DNA from: Candidatus Zixiibacteriota bacterium
GTDB taxonomy: Bacteria > Zixibacteria > MSB-5A5 > GN15 > FEB-12
Assembly (NCBI GenBank): GCA_041742355.1
Contig: JBGSIV010000262.1
Coordinates: 1 to 12,009, forward strand
Direction of reading: 5' to 3'
DNA: 12,009 nt
Part shown: piece by piece, positions 1 to 6,586 of the stretch
How positions within the stretch are numbered: the first letter of the stretch is position 1
Layout: each line of letters opens with the position of its first letter
Position numbers and translations under genes: made by a program
Notes under the pieces: model-generated
The model's input: the letters and a program-made list of their open reading frames with translations, nothing else
Databases searched by the model: none
Told to the model about the DNA's origin: nothing

Positions 1-1
1 C

Positions 2-46
2 GATGTGGACATCGGCCGCGCACATGTGCGGACGCGGGCATCCGCA
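2..46. repeat. Truncated GTGC-tagged REP-like palindrome plus a second small hairpin
   Basis: 2-23 GATGTGGACATCGGCCGCGCAC matches 10243-10264 at 21/22 nt. 27-46 TGCGGACGC-GG-GCATCCGCA is an imperfect hairpin. Confidence 0.8.
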
Positions 47-74
47 TTGGGATTGGGTTCGTTTGTGACCGCTC

Positions 75-100
75 GGGGGTGACACAAGGCCACCCCCTAC
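75..100 (-). repeat. GTAG-family REP
   Basis: Minus strand reads GTAG-GGGGTG-GCCTTGTGT-CACCCC, a GTAG tag followed by a stem-loop. Confidence 0.75.
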
Positions 101-196
101 GCGGGCGCTGTGTGACGCATCGACAGATTGGGTTCGTTTGCGCATGTTTCCCTGTGCGTTCATAGCTCTCTGCAGTCTTTCTGTACTTGCCTCCCA

Positions 197-260
197 GTCG
201 GGTTTCTCGGGGCTTACGCCCCTCGGAACACCGACCTACTCCTCAAGAACACCGACCTAC
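197..260 (-). repeat. GTAG-family REP with a tandem duplicate of its tagged arm
   Basis: Imperfect hairpin GTCGGGTTTCTCGGGGC-TTAC-GCCCCTCGGAACACCGAC followed by CTAC (197-239). GAACACCGACCTAC is repeated 21 bp later and ends at 260. Confidence 0.75.
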
Positions 261-305
261 CATTGGGTTCGTTTGCGCAAATTCCCTGTTTCTGGTTCTC
301 CCTTT

Positions 306-331
306 GTCAGGCTCCAAGGAGCCTGACCTAC
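306..331 (-). repeat. GTAG-family REP
   Basis: GTCAGGCTCC-AA-GGAGCCTGAC-CTAC is a perfect 10-bp inverted repeat plus tag. A degenerate copy lies at 6419-6444. Confidence 0.9.
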
Positions 332-363
332 GTCCTTGCGAGAAGAGTACTCGTATCGGGCTG

Positions 364-415
364 CCCGCAGCAGAGCTGCGGGTTACCTTTTGCCGTCACC
401 CTTCGACTCCGCTCA
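364..415. repeat. Hairpin CCCGCAGC-AGA-GCTGCGGG plus a partial CTTCGACTCCGCTCA-family repeat
   Basis: 364-382 has a perfect 8-bp stem. 395-415 GTCACCCTTCGACTCCGCTCA is the exact reverse complement of 6046-6066. Confidence 0.8.
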
Positions 416-545
416 CAGGCAGCGACCTGGTTGGGATGACTGTGGGATTGGGTTCGTTTTGGCACTTTCTCCTCTGCTGCGGCCTGACTTACGGGCCGGA
501 GATTGGGTTCGTTTGGTAATCCCGGCATACGGTAGACCTGGGCGT

Positions 546-637
546 GACTGGACCCCGGGCCAAGCCCGGGGTGACAGGAAAGGAGCCGGGCTGACAGAGA
601 GGGAGCCGGGGTGACAGGAGGGGAGCCGTGATGACAG
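546..637. repeat. GTCA(T/C)CCCGG-type palindrome followed by a 20-bp-period tandem of its right arm
   Basis: GACTGGACCCCGGGCCAAGCCCGGGGTGACA (546-576) resembles 6206-6236. A CCGGGGTGACAG-like unit occurs at 566, 586, 606 and 626. Confidence 0.9.
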
Positions 638-1064
638 CCAATTGGCTCCGGCATGGTCTGTTGTCTCACGTTCGTGCATTGTGCTTTGCCTCACCTTCAC
701 GCTGCTTCGTGCTTTCATCGGGCTGCCCGTGACTTTCCGTACACTCTGTCTTATACTTACTGTGGACCATTGGGCAATCTCCATCGGTTTGCTGTCGATT
801 TTGCGGGGGAATAGGGGAGTAGGGGATCTTTGTTTTTGACAGGGAGAGGGGACAAACGTGGGCGATCATTGGGGAGAGGTCGGTGCAAAGTCGGGGGATC
901 CGAAGCGGACCCTGGGGTTCACCACGTGGCAGGAAAAGTGCCCATCGCCGGAAGGCTTTCAGCGGAAAGTATCCTCTCTGCCCCAAATTGTCGCCACTCA
1001 CTGGCTGACTAATCAGGGTGGCCCCACGTCGGTGGAAGCTCAGACTCATGCATCCACGATACTC

Positions 1065-1093
1065 TTGACACCTCACTTCCTGGGGAGTATACT
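1065..1093 (+). promoter_or_regulatory. sigma70-type promoter for the 1186-3964 cassette
   Basis: TTGACA (1065-1070), 17-bp spacer, TATACT (1088-1093). It lies about 90 bp upstream of ATG 1186, which has the RBS-like GAAAGGGG. Confidence 0.8.
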
Positions 1094-1185
1094 ACCGATG
1101 ATAGTCTCTTTTGGCTTTGTAGTGCAGGGTTATACTCAGCTCAGTATCGCGCACAAACACCAATTCTCTGGTGAAAGGGGTTCAT

Positions 1186-2334
1186 ATGTTATCAATTCTC
1201 AGGTTCACTGTCATCCTGTGGCTCTGCTTGCCGATGTTGTCCGGAGCGACGGCCCCGCAGAGGATCTCTTATCAGGGTCGTCTGACAGACGTGTCGGGTA
1301 ATCCGGTCCCCGATAACCCTGGTCTTTCGGTCACCTTCAAAATCTATTCAGTGCAAGCAGGCGGCATCGCTCTTTGGACCGAAACCCAGTCCGTGAGTGT
1401 CAAGGCCGGATTATTTTCCGTCCCATTGGGATCATATACCCCGCTGCCCACCACGGTGTTCGCCGACAGCAGTCGATGGCTGGGGATCACAGTCAGTGGA
1501 ACTGAATTGTCGCCGCGGGCTCGCCTCTTGAGCGTTCCGTATTCCCACCGAGTTTCGACTATCGATGGGACTTCAGGCGGAGTGGTGTCCGGCGTGTCTA
1601 CTTTCCAAGATGCCAGCGGCTCCGACTGGATGGTCGTCGGTGGGGACGCTGAAAACGGCCGCGTGGGGTTGTATCAGGGAGCGCAGCAGACAGTCCTTCT
1701 TGCCGGGAAGTACAGCACGAACAGCCCCCATGGCGGTATTCTCATTTCGCGAGCGAATGGCGATCCTGCGATTTCTCTGGAGGGATCGATTGGCGGAGGT
1801 CTCACGGTATGGGGAGAAGAATCCGAACGCCCAATCAGGTTGGTCGCAAACTACAATTCTACGGGAATCGGCAGGGTTGTGACTCCGGTACTTGAAATCA
1901 CTGGCGGTTCCGACCTAGCCGAGCACTTTGACATAAATAGTCCTGATGGCGGCAGTTCCATACTCCCAGGTACCGTGGTCTGCATAGATCCGCAGGATCC
2001 GGGCAAGTTAGTGGTTAGCACGAGACAATACGATGCCACTGTGGCGGGTGTAATTAGCGGCGGAGGTAACGTGTCGCCCGGTATGCTGATGGGGCAGCGG
2101 GGTACGCTGGCCCAGGGTCAATATCCGATAGCGCTGAGCGGCCGGGTGTACTGCCTGGCTGATGCTACCTATGGCGCGATATCCCCGGGAGATCTGCTCA
2201 CTACTTCTAACACGCCAGGTCATGTCATGAAAGTGAGTGACCGGACGCAGTCCTACGGCACTGTTGTCGGCAAGGCGATGAGCTCCCTCCAATCGGGGCG
2301 GGGCCTGGTGCTGGTATTGGTGAGTCTGCAGTAG
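1186..2334 (+). CDS. Secreted fibre/adhesin-like protein with a C-terminal intramolecular-chaperone (peptidase G2/IMC-like) domain
   Basis: Signal-peptide-like N-terminus. The N-domain ISYQGRLTD..GNPV..VTFKIY..LWTETQ..GLFSVPLGS..RWLGITV..ELSPR..SVPY is familiar from FCB-group surface proteins. A Gly-rich beta-strand middle precedes a C-domain GGSDLAEHF..PGTVV..VAGVIS..ALSGRV..GDLLTTS..GKAM. ATG 1186 is preferred over GTG 1171 because of the RBS. Confidence 0.8.
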   Translation: MLSILRFTVILWLCLPMLSGATAPQRISYQGRLTDVSGNPVPDNPGLSVTFKIYSVQAGGIALWTETQSVSVKAGLFSVPLGSYTPLPTTVFADSSRWLGITVSGTELSPRARLLSVPYSHRVSTIDGTSGGVVSGVSTFQDASGSDWMVVGGDAENGRVGLYQGAQQTVLLAGKYSTNSPHGGILISRANGDPAISLEGSIGGGLTVWGEESERPIRLVANYNSTGIGRVVTPVLEITGGSDLAEHFDINSPDGGSSILPGTVVCIDPQDPGKLVVSTRQYDATVAGVISGGGNVSPGMLMGQRGTLAQGQYPIALSGRVYCLADATYGAISPGDLLTTSNTPGHVMKVSDRTQSYGTVVGKAMSSLQSGRGLVLVLVSLQ

Positions 2335-2347
2335 AAAGGTGGATTTC

Positions 2348-3964
2348 ATGCGATGCATATTGACGACGCGCTGGAAGCCGCTGTGGGTCATGGCCTTGGC
2401 AGCGTTGGCTACAGGGCTCGCACTTACTCCAGGACAGATCAAATCAGCCGTGCTCACGGAGCAAGAGGTGGAAGTATCCGTCGACACGTGGGTACGGTAT
2501 GTAACCGCCGATGCACGGCCCGACGCTCAGATCGAACAGCTCATTCCCCATTTCACTGACGGTAGGATCACAGCTTACGTCGCAACACTGGAGGACGGGG
2601 GATTCTGTGTATCTGGCGCTGATGACCGGCTGCTGACAGGTTACCTTTACAGCCCGCACGCCGCATTCGATTCTACGAACCCGGTTTTGGATTTCGTCTT
2701 CGGACAAGTCGATCGTTCCATTCGTTACCTGGACAGCTGTGAGAGGACCGGTATTCCCCTGACTTCGACGCAACTGAATGAACTCGCGAATCGTCAGGAA
2801 TCGTGGAACTCACTGAAGGCGCAGACTACGCCACCCCGAAATGCCCTTCCGGCCGCCGGTGAACCGGATTCACTCGTATTGTCTGTAACCTGTAAGTGGG
2901 ACCAGGGAGCACCGTACAATCTCCTATGTCCACCGCTACCGCCGGGATCCACCAACTACACACTGGTTGGGTGTGGCGCAACGGCCATGGCGCAAATTAT
3001 GTACTACTGGCAATGGCCCATCCATGGCAATGGAATAGACAGCACCTATTACCCGTGGGCGGTCACTGGGAATTGGATTGAAGAACCTTGCTCTGTCGAG
3101 CCAGCTGGCTTGAATACGGACCCCGGTTTTGCCGGACGACTGGAATGGACCGCGACTGGTGGCGGGCGTCTGAGAATGAACGGCGTGTGGGATTACAGCA
3201 TCTGGTGGGGAGCGCTGAATAGAGACTCTGACAACTCAGTCTACTTGAGAGCATGTTCCACGCTGTTCTATCGTTTGAATCATGACACGTTGACACTGGT
3301 GACCGATTTTGGTGCCAGTGCTTACGAATGGTCCCGCATCCGTAATGTGCACTATTACTATGGAGACCCCGCAGATAATCTTGCCGTGTCCAAGTTGTGC
3401 GCCGACGCGGCTGTTGCGATAAGGATGTTGCACGGAGCCTGGGTTAGTTACTCCCTCATGGGCGAACTTGCGGTAGCTATGGAGGATCACCTTCGCTATG
3501 ATAGCGACGCCGAATACATCGACGGAATTGACCCAACAGACATCATTCACGAGATACAGTTCATGAGGCCCATTAATCTGAATGGTCCCGGGCACTTCTT
3601 CGTTTGCCATGGTTACAACTCGGCCCTTGCTCCTCCCCAATTCCTCATGAACTATGGCAAGAGCTCCGCTTTTGATGACTGGTACAGACTTGACAACATC
3701 GTGCCTCTGGGCGGACAGCCGGCCTTGTCGTACACGAGACGCATAGCACCGGAAAGCGCGGTGAAATTCTGCTTGCCATCGGGGTCAGCTACCGGTGACG
3801 GCTCACCTTCAAACCCTTATCTGGACTTCGCGCGTGCCGTGAGTCAGTCACCTGAAGGCGCGACGCTGATATTCCGGGCTGGATCATCGGTACCGCTGTC
3901 GTCAACCGTCCTGATTTCTAAGAACCTCACACTTAAAGGCTGCGGTGTCACTATTGGTCAGTAG
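2348..3964 (+). CDS. C10 family cysteine peptidase (streptopain/SpeB-like) with signal peptide and propeptide
   Basis: WDQGAPYNLLCP, catalytic Cys in VGCGATAMAQIMYYW (codon 2972-2974) and catalytic His in GHFFVCHGY (3593-3595). Propeptide-like GGFCVSGADDR. C-terminal GDGSPSNPY module. ATG 2348 follows AAAGGTGG; GTG 2339 is the alternative start. Confidence 0.9.
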   Translation: MRCILTTRWKPLWVMALAALATGLALTPGQIKSAVLTEQEVEVSVDTWVRYVTADARPDAQIEQLIPHFTDGRITAYVATLEDGGFCVSGADDRLLTGYLYSPHAAFDSTNPVLDFVFGQVDRSIRYLDSCERTGIPLTSTQLNELANRQESWNSLKAQTTPPRNALPAAGEPDSLVLSVTCKWDQGAPYNLLCPPLPPGSTNYTLVGCGATAMAQIMYYWQWPIHGNGIDSTYYPWAVTGNWIEEPCSVEPAGLNTDPGFAGRLEWTATGGGRLRMNGVWDYSIWWGALNRDSDNSVYLRACSTLFYRLNHDTLTLVTDFGASAYEWSRIRNVHYYYGDPADNLAVSKLCADAAVAIRMLHGAWVSYSLMGELAVAMEDHLRYDSDAEYIDGIDPTDIIHEIQFMRPINLNGPGHFFVCHGYNSALAPPQFLMNYGKSSAFDDWYRLDNIVPLGGQPALSYTRRIAPESAVKFCLPSGSATGDGSPSNPYLDFARAVSQSPEGATLIFRAGSSVPLSSTVLISKNLTLKGCGVTIGQ

Positions 3965-3967
3965 TGA

Positions 3968-4340
3968 ATGCCAAAATCTCCAGGGCTTGCTCTATCCTTG
4001 CATTTGATCCGGCTGTATGGATCGCGCACAGGAGCTGAAGTGAAGTGCCAATCCACCTCCTGACCGGCGGCCGCCCCAAGCAGGCACGTTTGTTTGGCTC
4101 TTCACTCGATGCGGTTCTGCCGTTGGCATAGTCGAAGCGCGATGCTTCCCATGGCAACGGCGGTGTTTCGATCGCAACTGTCGCGGACTGGATGAAGTGA
4201 GGGCGAAGGTCAATTACTGCCATATGAATCCGGTGAAGACCGGGTTGGTGGCCGCTCCGGACGACTGGCCGGGGTCGAGTGCGGCGTGGTATGCGGGGAG
4301 GGGGGATGTGCTGCTTGAGATTGATGGGATGGAGTTGTAG
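3968..4340 (+). pseudogene. Degraded REP-associated tyrosine transposase (RAYT, IS200/IS605 Y1 HUH family)
   Basis: Frame +3, 4152-4340, reads WQRRCFDRNCRGLDEVRAKVNYCHMNPVKTGLVAAPDDWPGSSAAWY...stop. This matches the RAYT C-terminal pattern WQxxxxDxxxR..YxHxNPVxxGLVxxPxDWxxSS, with the Tyr codon at 4215-4217. Possible N-terminal relics lie in other frames (MPK..IRLYG in +2, VPIHLL in +1), so the 5' boundary is uncertain. Confidence 0.85.
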
Positions 4341-4349
4341 CGGAGAGAA

Positions 4350-4523
4350 CCCACCATGAATGGTGGGGCACAAACCTATCTCACCGATTCATACCGAGGA
4401 ATCCCACCATAAATGGTGGGGCACAGAAGACAAGGAATCCCACCATAAATGGTAGGGTACAGAAGACAAGGAATCCCACCATAAATGGTGGGGCACAAAT
4501 TCCCACCATGAATGGTGGGGCAC
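4350..4523 (-). repeat. Five co-oriented GTGC-tagged REP palindromes CCCACCAT(G/A)AATGGTGGG-GCAC
   Basis: Copies at 4350-4371, 4403-4424, 4439-4460 (2 substitutions), 4475-4496 and 4502-4523. The middle three form a 36-bp tandem with the identical linker AGAAGACAAGGAAT. Confidence 0.95.
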
Positions 4524-4576
4524 ACGCCTCCCCTCTTTCCGCTTGCGTCTGGCACCAAAATCCCCAAATTGCCCCC

Positions 4577-5194
4577 ATGCACCGACTGGTCATCAACAAC
4601 GTCAGCAAACGATTCGGAGCCCGCAAGGTGTTCGACGGGATCTCGGCCGACCTCAAAACCGGCGGATCCCTCGCGATTATCGGACCCAACGGATCGGGGA
4701 AATCCACCCTCGTCAGGTGTCTGCTCGGCCTGTATCGCCCGACAAAAGGGACAATCGAGTATTTCGAAGACGACCGGAAACTCTCCGGCGACGAATTCCG
4801 CAATCGCACGGCGTTCGTGTCCCCCTACCTGAACCTGTACAGCCAGTTGACCGGGGAAGAGAACATCAAGTTTTTCGCCACGATGCGCGGAGTCAATGTC
4901 ACCGGCAAGCAGATCAACGCGATGCTCGCCCGGGTCGGCCTCGAGGGGCGCGGCGATGACCTCCTCTCCGAATATTCCTCCGGCATGGGCCAGCGCCTCA
5001 AGTATGCCGTGGCCCTGCTCAGCGAACCGGAGTACCTGTTCCTGGACGAACCGACCTCCAACCTCGATGAACCGGGGAAGCAGATCGTGTTCGACGTTGT
5101 CAACGAGTACCGTCGCCGGGCGATCGTGGTGATCGCCACCAACGAGAAAGAGGAGTACGCGCTTGCCGAAAGCCAGTGCCGGGTTGGTCAGTAA
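4577..5194 (+). CDS. ccmA: Heme exporter / cytochrome c maturation ABC ATPase CcmA
   Basis: Walker A GPNGSGKST, signature YSSGMGQRL and Walker B LFLDEPT. It overlaps ccmB. The start is placed at ATG 4577 because ATG 4508 lies inside a REP. Confidence 0.9.
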   Translation: MHRLVINNVSKRFGARKVFDGISADLKTGGSLAIIGPNGSGKSTLVRCLLGLYRPTKGTIEYFEDDRKLSGDEFRNRTAFVSPYLNLYSQLTGEENIKFFATMRGVNVTGKQINAMLARVGLEGRGDDLLSEYSSGMGQRLKYAVALLSEPEYLFLDEPTSNLDEPGKQIVFDVVNEYRRRAIVVIATNEKEEYALAESQCRVGQ

Positions 5195-5846
5195 GTCGCT
5201 GGCGGTGTTCGCCAAGGATGTCCGGCTCGAAATGCGCAGCCGGTACGCCCTCAACGCGATCCTGATGTTCGGGATTACGACGCTGGCGGTCGTGTCGTTC
5301 TCGCTGGGTCAGTCAAACCTGCCGCCGAATTTGCTGGCGGCGCTGTTTTGGATAGTCATGTTCTTCTCGGCGATTTCGGGCCTGTCGCAGGTATTTGTGC
5401 GGGAGGAGGAGGCCGGAACCTCGCTGGCGCTCAAACTGGCGGGCCCGGCCGATCCGGTGTTTATCGGGAAGCTCCTGTTCAATTTCGGCCTGCTCGCGGT
5501 GATGACCGCGATCATCACGCCGCTGTTTTTCATTTTCACCGATGCCCCGACCGAAGGGTGGGCGTCGTTTCTGCCGGTGCTTGCGCTGGGGGTGATTGGC
5601 CTCTGCGGCGCAACGACTCTCGTGGCCGCAATCATCGCCAAAGCGGCGGTGAAAGGGGCGCTGTTCGCGGTCCTGTCATTTCCTGTCCTGGTGCCGTTGC
5701 TGCTGACTGTGGTAAAAGCGACACAGAAGGTCTTCGATGGGTTCGGCGCGGGGGAGATCCTCACGGAACTGCAGTTCCTGACGGCGTTTGCGGTGATTAT
5801 GATAGTCGGGTCGCTGATGCTGTTCAAGTTCGTGTGGCAGGAGTGA
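5163..5846 (+). CDS. ccmB: Heme exporter membrane protein CcmB
   Basis: KDVRLEMRSR, FVREEEAGTSLAL, FIGKLLFN and LSFPVLVPLL motifs with about six hydrophobic segments. TTG start with GAGGAG 7 nt upstream; TTG 5184 is an alternative. Confidence 0.93.
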   Translation: MPKASAGLVSKSLAVFAKDVRLEMRSRYALNAILMFGITTLAVVSFSLGQSNLPPNLLAALFWIVMFFSAISGLSQVFVREEEAGTSLALKLAGPADPVFIGKLLFNFGLLAVMTAIITPLFFIFTDAPTEGWASFLPVLALGVIGLCGATTLVAAIIAKAAVKGALFAVLSFPVLVPLLLTVVKATQKVFDGFGAGEILTELQFLTAFAVIMIVGSLMLFKFVWQE

Positions 5847-5883
5847 ATCGGTCCGGAATCGGAGACCAAATCGCTGAATTTTA

Positions 5884-5913
5884 TTGCTTATTTCGGGATT
5901 CCGACTATCTTTG
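5884..5913 (+). promoter_or_regulatory. Candidate promoter for ccmCDEF
   Basis: TTGCTT (5884-5889), 16 bp, TATCTT (5906-5911) in an AT-rich patch. TATCTTTG also fits the Bacteroidota-type TAnnTTTG element. Confidence 0.45.
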
Positions 5914-5952
5914 GCGGGTAGAAGGGGTAAGTTAGTTTTTTCACAAGGGTGA

Positions 5953-6572
5953 CGGTCAGGCGGGGTCGCCTGACCGCACGAGAGTCATGCTTCGACTACG
6001 CTCATGCTTCGACTCCGCTCAGCATGACAATATTGATCGTCACCCTGAGCGGAGTCGAAGGGTGACGGACCGGTAGGTCAAACACGGCTTTGCGTGTTTG
6101 ACAAGGATGTTGACTCCGTCAAGCACCGAGACCGGTGCTTGACCTACCGCTGAATCCGGGGCAAGTCAAACACGGCTTGGCGTGTTTGACGGAGGAAGAA
6201 GATAGGACTGGATCCCGGGTCAAGCCCGGGATGACAGTATCTGAGAGTCGAATTAGGTCGGAGAATCGGTTTAGGTCAACGTCAGGACCATAAAGGTCCT
6301 GACCTAAAACAGGAACGTATCATTGAACTTCTCCTTGTAGGTCAGGACCCTTGCGGTCCTGACATTGATTTGAACCAGCGTACAGAAGCAACTGCAGGTG
6401 AGATCAAAGACACAAGAAGTCAGGCTCCAAGGAGCCAGAACTACAAAAGACAAAGACTGGATCCCGGCTTTCGCCGGGATGACATAGTCCAAGAGTCGGT
6501 TTAGGACAATATCAGGACCACAAGGGTCCTGACCTACAAAGGCGAGACGGCAAGGCAACCAAGGCGAGACGG
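5953..6572. repeat. Composite cluster of about 12 REP-like palindromes from at least four families between ccmB and ccmC
   Basis: GTGC-type: 5953-5979. CTTCGACTCCGCTCAG inverted pair: 5984-6028 and 6039-6066. GTAG-GTCAA type: 6073-6102, 6118-6147, 6161-6190. GGATCCCGG..CCGGGATGAC type: 6206-6236, 6455-6484. GTAG-GTCAGG type: 6281-6306, 6337-6363, 6419-6444, 6512-6537. AAGGCGAGACGG direct repeat at 6539 and 6561. Confidence 0.95.
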
Positions 6573-6586
6573 ATAAGAACAACAGC

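Larger units (their letters stand above)
52..514 (+). repeat. Array of five exact direct copies of the 13-mer ATTGGGTTCGTTT (minus strand AAACGAACCCAAT)
   Basis: Copies at 52-64, 127-139, 262-274, 447-459 and 502-514, with start-to-start distances of 75, 135, 185 and 55 bp. Copies 2 and 3 extend to ATTGGGTTCGTTTGCGCA..TTCCCTGT. Confidence 0.95.

Noticed and set aside
52..514. Canonical CRISPR array
   Set aside because: The repeat is only 13 bp and non-palindromic, the spacing is irregular (55-185 bp), and there are no cas genes in the window.
128..1301. Short ORFs on both strands (e.g. 128-439, 328-669, 413-784, 666-1076, 858-1301)
   Set aside because: They are translations of repeats or intergenic DNA (the GFV/GSF/KRTQ/NEPN/TNP peptides come from the 13-mer). 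They show no recognisable domains and overlap one another.
1186..2334. Prophage tail gene
   Set aside because: It has a signal peptide and there are no other phage genes nearby, so a cellular secreted protein is more likely.
3951..4373. Minus-strand 140-aa ORF
   Set aside because: It is antisense to the RAYT remnant, starts within a REP and has no recognisable motif.
4350..4523. CRISPR array
   Set aside because: The linkers are 5-31 bp and two are identical. There are no cas genes, and the adjacent RAYT relic explains the palindromes as REPs.
4508..4576. N-terminal extension of CcmA from ATG 4508
   Set aside because: That ATG lies within the fifth REP copy, and the ABC domain begins right after ATG 4577.
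5847..6586. tRNA, riboswitch or other known ncRNA
   Set aside because: I recognised no cloverleaf or riboswitch consensus, and the hairpins are accounted for by dispersed repeat families. An Rfam search was not possible.
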